Below are positions 23,987 to 34,213 of a stretch of 44,248 bases of DNA, one piece after another. Within the stretch, counting starts at the first letter, position 1, and every line of letters starts with the position of its first letter. The DNA comes from a virus. Made by a program: the position numbers and the translations under genes. The DNA lies in IMG/VR virus record IMGVR_UViG_3300045988_057449, positions 1 to 44,248 of that record. One strand, 5' to 3'. The notes beneath the pieces are model-generated. The model was not told where the DNA came from. It was given only the letters and a program-made list of their open reading frames with translations, and searched no databases.

Positions 23987-26900
23987 TTACACTCCGACAG
24001 GAACGATCGTCCTGCCGTCCCGTCTGTTTTTTCTTTCCAAACCGCTGATAAGACTACCCGTTCCGACATAAGCCGTAACATTAGTGTCTTTATCAAGCAG
24101 TCTGCGCAAAATGCTGATTTCCTCACGAAGAAGAGCGTTCTGTTCGGCGTTGGCGTCCACGACACCCTGCGCCACGCTCTCTCTCATTTCATCGGTGTTC
24201 ATGACACCAGTTCGATTTCCGATATTTGCTACAACCTCTGCGCCCGCTTCACCCGCTATAAACGCTGTTCCGGCATTTACCATACCGCCGTTTTCCAATC
24301 GAGGAAGAGATACTTCGGATATATTTCGGATATTAAAGCCGAATTTCTTACCGCCGATGACCGGCACCCAATCGGGAACATCGAAACTCAGTTTGTTCAA
24401 TGCGTTTATCATAAAGTTAAGACCCTTTATGACACCGTTTACCATTGACTCAATGCCCCTGAGAATACCGTTGATAACGCCTTTGATTGCTCCCCAAATA
24501 CCATTCCATACGCTCGTCATAACAGACTTGATCGTATTCATACAGTTTGTAAGGAAAGTTTTCACGGCGTTAAAGGCGGTCGTGATGCCGTTCTTGATAC
24601 CGTTTACGACATTCATTACTCCCGTCTTAATGCCATTCCACACGGACACGGCGGCATTTTTGATGCCGTTCCAAATGGTAGAGAGGAAAGACTTAATACC
24701 GTTCCAAATGGACTCAACATTATCCTTGATAGAGTTCCAAATACCCTTTAAGAACTCCCAAATGGCAAGAGCAACGCCCTTTATCAAGTCCCAAATACCC
24801 ACGAAAATGTCTTTGATTCCGTTCCAAGCCCGTTCCCAATCTCCTGTGAACACGCCCGCTACGAAGTCAATAAGCCCTGAGAACAGGTCAATAACAAACC
24901 CTACAACAGAACTGATAATGTCCCCGATAAAGGAGAATACATTTCCTACAAGGTCTTTGAGCAGATTAAAGATAGGCTCTACGACAACCCACACGGCTGA
25001 TATGACATCTCCTATGCCGGACACGATGTTTTGAATTTTCTCGCCTTTCTCCTGAAAGGTAGCGGCAAGTTTCTCAAAAATGGATTTCACTCCGTTAATG
25101 ATTACAATAACAACGCTTTCAACCCATTCAACAACCGGTTGAACTGCTGTCCATAACTCCTGTACTCCTGCAAGGAAAGGCTCAAAGAACGCCTGTAAAA
25201 CTGAGAGTGCAGCCGTTATCGCATCAATAGAAGCGGGGGCGGCTTCCTCTATTGCCCAACTCGCCATCGGCAAAAGAACGGTTTGATAGAGCCATAGTAG
25301 CGTTCCTCCGATCAAATCAACCAACGGCTCTAATGCCGCCGTACAACCCTGAAATGCTGTCATAAGCGGCGTAAAGTCAAGCGTAGCCAACCAATCGGCG
25401 GTTGCACCGTAAATACCCTCAACAAAGGAGAGCAAGTCGTTAAAGATGTTCCAAATATTTTGAAGTATCTTCGTGCCATTGTCGTTCGCTTTCCACGCCT
25501 TTGCAAGCCCTGAGCCGAGATTACCGACACATTTCAGAATGTTTTGGAAGATGCGTAAGATGATCTCTAAGGTCTGCTGCCCCGTTCCGTTTGTCCAAAC
25601 TTCACGGAAACTGTCTCCGACCGCAGTACAAAAGTCCTTGATACCCCCAAACGCAGTTTTAACGGCATTGATTGTATTCTGTCCTTCATTCGCCCAAGCA
25701 TCAGCAAATGGCTTAAAGAAATCAGCGAAAGGATTAGCCACCTCTCCAAGTTGAACTTCTTCAAACATTTGCGAGTAATCCTGACCGCTTGCGCCGCTAC
25801 CGCCACCGCTACCGCTATTACTGTTATCCTGTAATGCGTTAATTTCATCAATTCCGAGAATTGACTTTTTAAGTTCTTTGTTGGCGGCAGTCGCACTATT
25901 AGCGGCTTCCGCATACTGAGTAGGATATTTAACGGCTTTTGTCCAAGTGCTTGCACCCGAAAGTTTTGCGAACACCTGATTGAGGACATTGATGAGTACC
26001 ACGCACTTGTCAATGATATATTCGATTGCCGGAGCAAGCATATTGATTAGTGGGGCAACCGCAGCACCGATACTATTTTTGAAGTATAAGAAACTCGTTG
26101 AAATACTATCGAGGGAAGAAGCAAGACTACCGCCAAGTGCTTTACTGTACTGGTAAGCGTTGTCCATTCCTTCCTTAAATCCTGCGGCAATAGCGTGAAT
26201 AATGGCACTAAACGCTCTGTACATAGCCTGTTTCCTGAACATTGTAAAAAGTCCACGGAACTTTGTGGTTGCTTCCGACAGAGATGTTTTAAGTTTCTGT
26301 AAGGGCGCACCCGCAATTTTCAGAAAACTCTTTGTAACGGCTTTTGCGCCCTGTCCTGCGAGAGAGCCGAGCTTACCAAAAGCCGATTTTGCAATCGTCC
26401 CGATAGGCGTTAGAGCCGCTTTTGCCTTACTGAGAATTTCCCCAAACTTACTACCAACTCGCCCAAGTGTTGAGATAACACCCTGAATGGGTTGTGTTAT
26501 GGTATTCCAAACATACCTTGCGGCATTTCCAACAGGTTGCATTTTCTGTTTTAGTGCTTCAAACGCACTACCAACTTTTGAGGAAACGGCAGAAGCAACA
26601 TCGGAAAGTTTAGATTTGAGGATGTTAAACTGCATAACCCCCGCAAGTGCCACACCCGCAACCTTTGCTTTTAGAGGAACGAGAGCAGTATCTATTTTCT
26701 GAAAAGCTCCTTGCGCAACATTCGCAATATCCGTCCACAAGGAACGGTTTTTGCTCATGTCGGCAGATAGACTATTCAATGCAGATCGGGTTTCCTCCAC
26801 GGTAGAGGGAGGAATGAACACTTGCTCGTCCATTGCCGGAGCGGACGGTGTAGCATTATCGGTAGGAGCAGAAGAGTTGTCAAACCGTGGAACATTGACA

Positions 26901-27283
26901 TTTCCAACCGCACCGAGTGCCTGTAATCCGTCTGCAAGTTCGGTGAGTTTAGAAAAATCGACATCCTTTAAGAGGTCAACCGCTGCACCAAGGTCAACAA
27001 TGCGTTCTGCGGTCTTTCCAGTTCGGATATTTCCGACTTCGTTCAATCCTTTCAACCCGTCCGCAAGGTCACGCAGTTTGGATGCACTACCCGCATCGAT
27101 TTTTGCTACGGCTTCCGAAATCTTTGAAAGGTTTTTCTGAATAGAATTAAGCCCCTTATTGCTACCACTTGTAGCCCCTTTAATTTTTTCCAAAGTGGAG
27201 ATCAGTTTACCTATACTGTCAACGGCTTTTCCTGAATCTCCGACAATTTCAATTTTTAGAGTATCAACAACATTCTCATCCAT
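23987..27283 (-). CDS. Tape measure protein
   Basis: 1098 aa, helical. Periodic ~11-aa W/F-NGIK repeats (IWNGIKSFLSTIWNGIKNAAVSVWNGIKTGVMNVVNGIKNG). Sits after the frameshifted chaperones. Confidence 0.9.
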   Translation of the reverse strand: MDENVVDTLKIEIVGDSGKAVDSIGKLISTLEKIKGATSGSNKGLNSIQKNLSKISEAVAKIDAGSASKLRDLADGLKGLNEVGNIRTGKTAERIVDLGAAVDLLKDVDFSKLTELADGLQALGAVGNVNVPRFDNSSAPTDNATPSAPAMDEQVFIPPSTVEETRSALNSLSADMSKNRSLWTDIANVAQGAFQKIDTALVPLKAKVAGVALAGVMQFNILKSKLSDVASAVSSKVGSAFEALKQKMQPVGNAARYVWNTITQPIQGVISTLGRVGSKFGEILSKAKAALTPIGTIAKSAFGKLGSLAGQGAKAVTKSFLKIAGAPLQKLKTSLSEATTKFRGLFTMFRKQAMYRAFSAIIHAIAAGFKEGMDNAYQYSKALGGSLASSLDSISTSFLYFKNSIGAAVAPLINMLAPAIEYIIDKCVVLINVLNQVFAKLSGASTWTKAVKYPTQYAEAANSATAANKELKKSILGIDEINALQDNSNSGSGGGSGASGQDYSQMFEEVQLGEVANPFADFFKPFADAWANEGQNTINAVKTAFGGIKDFCTAVGDSFREVWTNGTGQQTLEIILRIFQNILKCVGNLGSGLAKAWKANDNGTKILQNIWNIFNDLLSFVEGIYGATADWLATLDFTPLMTAFQGCTAALEPLVDLIGGTLLWLYQTVLLPMASWAIEEAAPASIDAITAALSVLQAFFEPFLAGVQELWTAVQPVVEWVESVVIVIINGVKSIFEKLAATFQEKGEKIQNIVSGIGDVISAVWVVVEPIFNLLKDLVGNVFSFIGDIISSVVGFVIDLFSGLIDFVAGVFTGDWERAWNGIKDIFVGIWDLIKGVALAIWEFLKGIWNSIKDNVESIWNGIKSFLSTIWNGIKNAAVSVWNGIKTGVMNVVNGIKNGITTAFNAVKTFLTNCMNTIKSVMTSVWNGIWGAIKGVINGILRGIESMVNGVIKGLNFMINALNKLSFDVPDWVPVIGGKKFGFNIRNISEVSLPRLENGGMVNAGTAFIAGEAGAEVVANIGNRTGVMNTDEMRESVAQGVVDANAEQNALLREEISILRRLLDKDTNVTAYVGTGSLISGLERKNRRDGRTIVPVGV

Positions 27284-28054
27284 CCTGCTTCACCTCCCGT
27301 CCTACCATTTGCATATTTGTTTTTGCAGCCCACGCTGCAATTTTCGCTTTTTGTTTATCGTACCGTAGCCGTTCCTCCCGCTTTCTACGCTCTCTTACTT
27401 CTTTATCAGTAAGGGCAAAAGGCTCTGAAACATAAGGGGTAGCCTTAGTACCTTTCTTTGCAAAGGCGTGAAGAACGGGGGCAACATCGGTAAGGGCTTC
27501 ATAAAAATAAGCCCCCTGTAACCACAGTTCCTGATTTCGCCTTTGCTGTTTCATTTGATGAGCTTTTCGGTAATACCTTGCCAACAGGCAATCTCCGTCC
27601 CAATACTGTTCGTAGGACATCCCTATCGAAAGGTAAAACGGTAAGTGTTCATAGAATTGCTCAGTCAAAGAAGAGGGGGCAGAGCCGTTAGCCGACTTGC
27701 CCCCGTTAAGGGGTGGCGAGTCACTTACCAACTCGCTCCCCAAGTCAAGTTTCCCTCAGACTCTTCCGGCTCGTCCATCAGGGCTTCAAGCGGCTCACTG
27801 TACATTTCAGCAAGTTTCTGAATGAACTCCTGCTTATTGGTAAGTTTCGCAAAGATGGAATCAATGACTTCCTTCTTCACAAACCTGTGATGAGCCAAAA
27901 ACGCTCCCGCAAAAAGAGTGGGAAGAGTGGACATCGGCTTATCGCCAATATCGCTAACGACAAAGCCCTGCCGCTCCATTGCTTCAATAGACCTTCTCGT
28001 AAACTCCAAGGTATATTCAGTACCCTCGTACTTGATAGTGATAGTCTTTGCCAT
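27276..28054 (-). CDS. Tail assembly chaperone G-T fusion made by a -1 programmed frameshift
   Basis: The -1 frame is open from the slippery site into the 155-aa ORF (…LGSELVSDSPPLNGG…), which has no ATG of its own (the ORF track starts it at TTG). Confidence 0.6.
27725..28054 (-). CDS. Tail assembly chaperone (gpG-like, zero-frame product)
   Basis: 109 aa, acidic C-terminus. Sits between the major tail protein and the tape measure. Confidence 0.65.
   Translation of the reverse strand: MAKTITIKYEGTEYTLEFTRRSIEAMERQGFVVSDIGDKPMSTLPTLFAGAFLAHHRFVKKEVIDSIFAKLTNKQEFIQKLAEMYSEPLEALMDEPEESEGNLTWGASW
27749..27755 (-). other. -1 ribosomal slippery heptamer G GGA AAC
   Basis: The minus strand reads GAG GGA AAC TTG in the G frame, giving an X XXY YYZ pattern 9 codons before the G stop. 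Confidence 0.6.
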
Positions 28055-28075
28055 AATAAAGCCCTCCTATATCTC

Positions 28076-28510
28076 TTAATCGCCGCTTGCGACCGTAATT
28101 ACGGTAGACGGGGCAATGGAAATTGTCATATCCACGACCTCATTCACACCGCCGCCGACAACGAATACCGACAATCTGCCCGTAAACTCGAACTTACCGT
28201 CAGAGCCGGTCGGAGTAACAGTACCGCCTGACACCGTGCCGCCGAGCCATACCGCAAGACTAAGGTCTTTATCTTCGAGTGCTTTGAGCGTATCAAAGTC
28301 GGTTTTGGTATAGTTTGCCGTAAATTCAAGTGCATCCTGCGACTGAATACCGGGGATGTATGTCTGCGCACCGTCAGAAAGGGTGGTGGTTTCGAGCATT
28401 TCGGGCGCACCGCCGAGATCGGGGAAGTCCTTAATGTCAACGAGCTTCGACCAAGTATCTGCGTTGTCTGCTTTCTTCATAAGAAAGACTTTATAAGTGG
28501 AAATAGCCAT
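28076..28510 (-). CDS. Major tail protein
   Basis: 144 aa. Position upstream of the chaperones. Sequence MAISTYKVFLMKK...LVDIKDFPDLGG is typical of phi13/TP901-type tail tube proteins. Confidence 0.7.
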   Translation of the reverse strand: MAISTYKVFLMKKADNADTWSKLVDIKDFPDLGGAPEMLETTTLSDGAQTYIPGIQSQDALEFTANYTKTDFDTLKALEDKDLSLAVWLGGTVSGGTVTPTGSDGKFEFTGRLSVFVVGGGVNEVVDMTISIAPSTVITVASGD

Positions 28511-28513
28511 AAC

Positions 28514-28918
28514 TTATTGCCTCCTGTAAATTGTATTGGTTTTGGACACAATCGCCGTATATCTTGCGAAAATACGATATTTGGTTGCTTCGTCCAAGTT
28601 GATAGGGGTTTTTGTGTTTCGGGTAAACCCTAACCCGTTCATTACTTCGTCAACGGCAGCGATAATAGCCTTGCACTCTGATTTCTTCTTGCTCGTTTTG
28701 TTTGAATAAGCATTAACTTCATAGACCACAGTTGCGTGATTTTCATTACTACTCGTATCTCTTGTGGGTAAATATGAGTAGTTGTCTGCTTCCTCAATGC
28801 AAACGAACGGAAACTTTGAGGGACTATAAGTCGTTACACTCTCGACCGTAATATTGGGAAACTGCTTCGTCAAAGCAGTCTTAACCTTTGTGAACACGGC
28901 GTTCTCAATGTCAACCAT
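28514..28918 (-). CDS. Tail terminator/tail completion protein (positional)
   Basis: I trimmed the start to ATG 28918 (ATGGTTGA overlap with the upstream stop). Sits directly before the major tail protein. Confidence 0.45.
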   Translation of the reverse strand: MVDIENAVFTKVKTALTKQFPNITVESVTTYSPSKFPFVCIEEADNYSYLPTRDTSSNENHATVVYEVNAYSNKTSKKKSECKAIIAAVDEVMNGLGFTRNTKTPINLDEATKYRIFARYTAIVSKTNTIYRRQ

Positions 28919-29429
28919 TTTTGAACACCTCCCTTGCGATATTTGCGACTTGACTACGCATTTCCTTTGCAGAATCGTACATTGCACGAGCGGGAGGATT
29001 ACCGTGGGTAAGAACCACCGTACCCTTGTCGTTTTCTTTAACGACTTTTCCGTTCGTACCCGGATTTCCGTAATATCCCCAACTGTCACGAGAGCCTTTT
29101 CCTTGTCCGTACGCCCCACGGATAGCACCGAGGGCGGCGGCTTTGGGATGCTGCTCCGCATAATGTACGCCGGTGCCAAACTCGATAAAGGTAATCGAAC
29201 TGCCCGTTGCCGTAAGAAACAGTTTGTTATCGCCAACCCATTCAGGCTGTTTGTTGACAATTACATCATTATCACCGTCATACTGTGCCGTTTGAAATTT
29301 CGCACTTGCAACATCTATGCCGATTTTAACGAGTTCCTCCAACAATCGGTGCTGTTTCTCTTCGAGGGATTTTTGATAGGTTTTCAGTTTGTTTATCAGA
29401 CTGTCCAAACCCTTTACTCTTATCTCCAT
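28911..29429 (-). CDS. HK97 gp10-like neck/tail-completion protein
   Basis: ITFIEFGTGVHY...HGNPPARAMY resembles the HK97 gp10 family. Neck-module position. Confidence 0.5.
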   Translation of the reverse strand: MEIRVKGLDSLINKLKTYQKSLEEKQHRLLEELVKIGIDVASAKFQTAQYDGDNDVIVNKQPEWVGDNKLFLTATGSSITFIEFGTGVHYAEQHPKAAALGAIRGAYGQGKGSRDSWGYYGNPGTNGKVVKENDKGTVVLTHGNPPARAMYDSAKEMRSQVANIAREVFKNG

Positions 29430-29803
29430 TACGACACCTCAACCTTGCTGATAGCGATAGACACGCTATTGAGAGAACGAGCCACTTTCTTCACGATATA
29501 GTCGAAAAGCGGAACTCCCTCACCGTCAAAAGCCGGGGTTTTATCCACAAATAAAACGGTATGTTCATCTATCGGACAAGTCACATCGCCAAGGACAATA
29601 ACCTTATCATACTGCAAAGAGTTTCCAAACTGTTCTACGGAGGAATTGCCCGTTGCCGGAGAAATATTGGCTTTGAGGAACACGGGGTCAGAATAAACTA
29701 CCTGTGTTTCTCCCGTCTCGTCCCCGGCTTCATCAATAACAGGTTTCTCGCCCTCGTACAAACAATAATGGAATGAAGTTTTATTTCGCTCCATACACCG
29801 CAT
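29429..29803 (-). CDS. Head-closure/head-tail joining protein (positional)
   Basis: Sits between the connector and the gp10-like gene. Start chosen at ATG 29803, which has AGGTG upstream. Confidence 0.4.
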   Translation of the reverse strand: MRCMERNKTSFHYCLYEGEKPVIDEAGDETGETQVVYSDPVFLKANISPATGNSSVEQFGNSLQYDKVIVLGDVTCPIDEHTVLFVDKTPAFDGEGVPLFDYIVKKVARSLNSVSIAISKVEVS

Positions 29804-29811
29804 AACGACAC

Positions 29812-30138
29812 CTAACTTTCTTCCCAAGGAAAGATGGAAGCAAACGGTACAATACCTTTCAGCATAGAATCGGGAACACTCGCACTTTCATAAGAACGGT
29901 TAACGCCGTTTTCGTTATGCGCAGTTTCTCCTTCCGCACCACGCTTATTGAGCAAATATACCGCAATCTCCAACTGCGTGTTATGATACCGAGCGGGAAC
30001 GCTTCTCTTATCATGTCGGTACGGGTAGCATCTCGCTAAGACCTTTTCTGCCGCAATATCGAGAAAGGTGAGCAGAATGTTGTCATCGGTCTCACCCGTT
30101 AAAGCAGAAAGTCTCGCTTTCATTACTTCGTCTGTCAT
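29812..30138 (-). CDS. Head-tail connector (gp6/gp15-like DNA-packaging protein)
   Basis: 108 aa directly after the major capsid gene. LLTFLDIAAEKVLARCYPY is typical of Phage_connect_1-like proteins. Confidence 0.5.
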   Translation of the reverse strand: MTDEVMKARLSALTGETDDNILLTFLDIAAEKVLARCYPYRHDKRSVPARYHNTQLEIAVYLLNKRGAEGETAHNENGVNRSYESASVPDSMLKGIVPFASIFPWEES

Positions 30139-30162
30139 TGCTGCTCACCTCTCTTTCGATTA

Positions 30163-31185
30163 TTAACCACTCGTTGACTCGGAAGTGGTATTGATAGTAC
30201 CACCCGCAACATAAACACTGCGGCTATACTCAGGCTTCGCAAAGGTCTTGGCAATACTCGTGAACTTGCCGTGATACCATTCCGGTCCGTAATCGAGACC
30301 GAGCTGACCGAAAATCTGATATTTCGTACCCGCACCGACCTTAGCAAGCTCTTCGAGGAAGAAGTTGCCCTTGCCGGGAGTCGGCTGATTAACGGGAGCG
30401 ATAACATCGAGATTGAGAAGCAGAGCCGTACCTTCGGGCAGACACTCGCCGAGATAAAGGTACACAACCCCGATAGGCGTTACAACGCTCGAAAGCGCAA
30501 TGCCGTTAATCTCACGAGCAGCGGGAATTACGGTAAGACCGTTCTGTACCGCATCGGCGTTGATCTGAAACAGAGTGATTGCATCACACCACAGGCACAG
30601 ACCAGTGGTAGGAGCGTTGCTCTCGTAGACCTTTTTCACCATATCTGCAATGTCCCACAGACCGAGGGGCTTGTTACCCATAGCCTTGACATTGGTAGTA
30701 ATGGCGGGTACGAGACCCTTAGTCTTGTTGATTGTCGCATCGGTGGTTGCCTTGTTGTAGACACCGTTGATAAAGGTGTACTCAATATCACGAGCGATCT
30801 TCTGCATCTTAGCCGCAACCTGAAAATCAAGTTCATTGATGGGGTTAGCGGTCTGATTTGCGATATTCACGCCGGAGAGAGTACCCATGTTGGACTGCTT
30901 TGCATAAGAAACGCCGACAGACTCCTGAAAAATCTGAGTAACATTCGTTTCCTGCGAACGAGTTACTACGCTTGCATCAGGAGCAGTAAGAGAAGCGGTC
31001 TCACTGATGGCGGGCTGAGAGCCGCCGCCCGTGGTATAGTTCTGACCTACCACGAACTCCACATGATTTGTATTCTTTGCTCTGCCACCGATTACGGAAG
31101 AGAGCGGGGCACGGGTGTTACCCTTGTTGAAAAGCATCCCGGAGTAATTCAGCACTCCGAAACTGGTTGCAAAAGTATCAGCCAT
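30163..31185 (-). CDS. Major capsid protein (HK97 fold)
   Basis: 340 aa after the scaffold gene. Strong GGAG ribosome-binding site. MADTFATSFGVLNYSGMLFNKG... resembles SU10-type capsids. Confidence 0.8.
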   Translation of the reverse strand: MADTFATSFGVLNYSGMLFNKGNTRAPLSSVIGGRAKNTNHVEFVVGQNYTTGGGSQPAISETASLTAPDASVVTRSQETNVTQIFQESVGVSYAKQSNMGTLSGVNIANQTANPINELDFQVAAKMQKIARDIEYTFINGVYNKATTDATINKTKGLVPAITTNVKAMGNKPLGLWDIADMVKKVYESNAPTTGLCLWCDAITLFQINADAVQNGLTVIPAAREINGIALSSVVTPIGVVYLYLGECLPEGTALLLNLDVIAPVNQPTPGKGNFFLEELAKVGAGTKYQIFGQLGLDYGPEWYHGKFTSIAKTFAKPEYSRSVYVAGGTINTTSESTSG

Positions 31186-31199
31186 TGTAAAAATCTCCT

Positions 31200-31781
31200 T
31201 TACTTGTTATTTTGATTTTCTTGTTCGGACAAGCGAGTATAATATGCGACTGCCGCAAAATCTCCTCTGCCCTGTGCATCTTCAATCATTTTTGCGTAGT
31301 CAGTTTTACCGCTTCCGGCAGAACTGCCCGCAGGGGGAGTAGAAGTCTGCCCCATAAGTTGAGCCTTGTAAGCCTTATCGTGGCTTTCGAGGAACTTCTT
31401 TTGATTGGCAAAAACCTTATCGGTTTCACCGTTCGCCATAGCCCGTGCGGTTTCATCGGCAAGTGTTTCGTCATACCCAAGGGCGAGAAAACGAGCCTTA
31501 TGCCCGGAAATGAGTTTTTCTTTTTCCATTTCCTCAACTCTCTTTCTGAGAGTAGTAAGCTCTTCTTCGCTTTCCTGCTTCTTTTTGTCCTCTTCGGACA
31601 AGAGAGCATTATGCTTCCTCTTCCATTCGGCGGCTTCGCTGTTTGCCTTAGATGCCGCATTTTTATAGCGTTCGAGCTCGGTAGCGTTATCCTCGTACTC
31701 GATCGCTTCAAGGGCGGCGATTTTCTGTTCGGGGGTCATTTCAGCGTAACCCTCAATCTTGCTCGTATCAATTTTTGCCAT
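31200..31781 (-). CDS. Scaffolding protein
   Basis: Highly charged coiled coil (EEDKKKQESEEELTTLRKRVEEMEKEK). Sits immediately upstream of the capsid gene. Confidence 0.7.
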   Translation of the reverse strand: MAKIDTSKIEGYAEMTPEQKIAALEAIEYEDNATELERYKNAASKANSEAAEWKRKHNALLSEEDKKKQESEEELTTLRKRVEEMEKEKLISGHKARFLALGYDETLADETARAMANGETDKVFANQKKFLESHDKAYKAQLMGQTSTPPAGSSAGSGKTDYAKMIEDAQGRGDFAAVAYYTRLSEQENQNNK

Positions 31782-31900
31782 AAGAATTACCTCCTGCGTT
31801 TAACAAGGCTGTTCACTCAGCACTATATTTCTGTTTGTAGAGTTGTCTCTCTTTGCGTTTTAAGGTTTTCACTAACCTATATAAAGCCTTTCGGCTAATA

Positions 31901-31943
31901 TATAAAGAAAAGGGACTACGAGCATAATTTACTCATAGTCCCT
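31901..31943 (-). terminator. Intrinsic terminator-like hairpin, copy 1 of a conserved element
   Basis: The minus strand reads AGGGACTA-17 nt-TAGTCCCT followed by TTTTCTTTATA. It shares the 15-mer atagtccctgttgac with 35979-35993. Confidence 0.5.
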
Positions 31944-31958
31944 GTTGACTGTTTCCCT

Positions 31959-32144
31959 CTACCCGATTATAGAGGTCTTGTTTCTAACTCGCCGTTCAAT
32001 TTCTACAATGACGAGTTTATTATTCTCTTTTTTTATCTCGGCGGCGTTTCCTTTCCGCACGATTTTCATTATGAGGTCGATAACCTCCGGGGTGAACATT
32101 TTCTCGTATTCCACATTTACACCCTTTCTCTCTGACAACGACAA
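31959..32144 (-). CDS. Small hypothetical protein
   Basis: ORF only. The true start is uncertain (alternative ATG at 32099). Confidence 0.3.
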   Translation of the reverse strand: MSLSERKGVNVEYEKMFTPEVIDLIMKIVRKGNAAEIKKENNKLVIVEIERRVRNKTSIIG

Positions 32145-32707
32145 TTAGGATGTGGGTCAGGGGGTACAAGGTGGATGCTATAAATACGACCGTCCCGTTT
32201 TTTACAAATCGAGCAAGTCTTTTCGTCCCTTTCTGCAACCCACTTTACAAGTTGTACACCGTCATCGTTGTACGCTTGCATTGTGGCTTCATCAGTAACC
32301 CTGTCCGCATATATCCTGCACATGAAAGACATTGAGCGCAAAGCAGCATCAATTTCTTGTGCTTTGGTATCGCTCGAAATAATGGCTTCTATCAGTCGAG
32401 CGCACTTCCTGTCCATCTCGTGGGCAAACACATATTTGCTCACGGGGTCGTACCCCGTTAGAAGATAGTCGATCCATTCTTCATCAAGGTCACGATAGGA
32501 CTTCCGTTGTGCGGTATGAGAATAAACTTGATTAGCCAAAAGGAGAAACGACTTTTTAACAATTCCGTACAATTCACGATACAAAGTGTTGACCTCGTTC
32601 AGAACATTCAATTCATCAAAAGAGACCAAACTTTTCAGTCGGGAATATCTTTCAATCAACTGCTTGTCGATATAGGCAATTATCTTGTCCGTGTATTCAT
32701 AGGTCAT
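32117..32707 (-). CDS. Head morphogenesis/minor capsid protein (SPP1 gp7 / Mu F-like)
   Basis: C-terminal signature EKTCSICKKRDGRIYSI...PPDPHPNCRC. Follows the portal gene. Confidence 0.8.
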   Translation of the reverse strand: MTYEYTDKIIAYIDKQLIERYSRLKSLVSFDELNVLNEVNTLYRELYGIVKKSFLLLANQVYSHTAQRKSYRDLDEEWIDYLLTGYDPVSKYVFAHEMDRKCARLIEAIISSDTKAQEIDAALRSMSFMCRIYADRVTDEATMQAYNDDGVQLVKWVAERDEKTCSICKKRDGRIYSIHLVPPDPHPNCRCQRERV

Positions 32708-34176
32708 TGCTTATCGTCCTCCGAATCAGGAGTATTGTCGCTTTCTCCATTTGCATCTTTCTTCGACTTCTGCGTTTCCGTCTGAGCAAACATTTCAAGT
32801 TCTTTCTGCGCTTCTTCCTTACGCTCATCTGAGTATTCTTTACTCTGAGTATATGCAAGGTCAGGATCGACAAACAAGCCGCAGTGTTCAAACGCCAATC
32901 GAGGATGAATTTTATCATTAGCGAGAAGTGTAGTGAGTACCTGCGCTTTCGCCTGAATATTCTCATAATTCCGGCGAGTGAAGCGAATCTCAATAGCGGA
33001 AAGTTTCAGCTCCATATCCCGCAAGGTATTCGCAATGCGAATAGCCAAACGGAGAAATCTCTTTTCCGACATTTTGAACATCAACTCGGTATCTTTCGCC
33101 CGTGCTTCTGCATCCGACCAACCGTCACGCATAATTACCGCAGACCCGGTATCACTTGTGGAACTGCCGCCATTCCTGTTCGGCATACCGCAGATTACGA
33201 GGATAGTTTGATACATATAATCCACGAGGGTTTGCGTTTGCGTTTGATTAAGCTCCTGAGTAACATAATAAGCATCGCCCTCCAACGGAACTTTCAGACC
33301 GCCATTTTCTCTCAATGCCTTATATTCTTCGGAATCAATATCCACGCCCTTCAAAATTAAGAGGGACTGAATAAACTGTTCAATTCCGTCAAGTCTGTTA
33401 GAGGTGACATTGTTGAGCGCATCAAGCAGAGGAAGGACAATTTCAAAAGCACCTAACCGAGCAGAATTTGCGGGATATTCGATAATCGGAATATCACCGT
33501 AAATATGCCCCTCATTTTTGGTAATCGACTTCGGGGTGTAATTGCTTTGGTTAATCGTTCCAGGCTGCAATACCTCAAAGTAATTCTTGTCGGTGTAAAT
33601 AGAGAAAATAACAGAGCCGTCCTCGTGGGTTACATACTTAACACCCATCATAGGCTTATTTCCGAGACCGCTGTGATACACCACAAATGCGTTGCGAGGA
33701 TCGAGCGTATATATCTCGAAAGGAGACTCGTCCTCTTCGCCCTTTGGGTCGGGTAAAATCATTCGATAGGCAGTACCGCAAATGGTAAACCAGTCGGCGA
33801 GTTCTTTGTCCTTTGCCGCCTTATCTTCTGCAAACACAAAATCGTTAAGGAGATTGATTGCATCGGTTGCACCGCTGTCATCGGTCAAACGGCTGACATA
33901 CTGCACAGGCTCTCCCATAAGATAACCGACCTTAAAGGAGACAATCTCGTTTGCTCTGTTCTCGACAATCCGATTACAAATTTCGGGACGAAATTCTTTT
34001 GAACGATCAAGAACAGGTTGCTTGCCTTTATAATACTCATACAGGTACTGAATGTCGGCACGGTTACGAGCATGAACAGTCATTGCCCTGTCGAGAACTT
34101 TCAAAACATTCTCCGGCGTAATCTCATCAAAATCGGTATAGATTACTTCCCGACCGTATAGTGTACGCTTATCCAT
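32704..34176 (-). CDS. Portal protein (SPP1 gp6-like)
   Basis: 490 aa. Sits after terL. NRADIQYLYEYYKGKQPVL...RIVENRANEIVSFKVGY. Confidence 0.85.
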   Translation of the reverse strand: MDKRTLYGREVIYTDFDEITPENVLKVLDRAMTVHARNRADIQYLYEYYKGKQPVLDRSKEFRPEICNRIVENRANEIVSFKVGYLMGEPVQYVSRLTDDSGATDAINLLNDFVFAEDKAAKDKELADWFTICGTAYRMILPDPKGEEDESPFEIYTLDPRNAFVVYHSGLGNKPMMGVKYVTHEDGSVIFSIYTDKNYFEVLQPGTINQSNYTPKSITKNEGHIYGDIPIIEYPANSARLGAFEIVLPLLDALNNVTSNRLDGIEQFIQSLLILKGVDIDSEEYKALRENGGLKVPLEGDAYYVTQELNQTQTQTLVDYMYQTILVICGMPNRNGGSSTSDTGSAVIMRDGWSDAEARAKDTELMFKMSEKRFLRLAIRIANTLRDMELKLSAIEIRFTRRNYENIQAKAQVLTTLLANDKIHPRLAFEHCGLFVDPDLAYTQSKEYSDERKEEAQKELEMFAQTETQKSKKDANGESDNTPDSEDDKQ

Positions 34177-34213
34177 TTCAGCACCTCCTTATAGACCCAC
34201 TTATTCATATCTT

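Noticed and set aside
24084-25034. 316-aa plus-strand ORF
   Set aside because: It is antisense to the periodic-repeat part of the tape measure gene. Its Pro/Phe/Thr-rich repetitive translation mirrors the TMP repeats. It has no start context.
30271-31215. 314-aa plus-strand ORF, and the 110-aa minus-strand ORF at 30135-30467
   Set aside because: Both overlap the major capsid gene, one antisense and one out of frame. The capsid frame has the ribosome-binding site, the expected position and capsid-like sequence.
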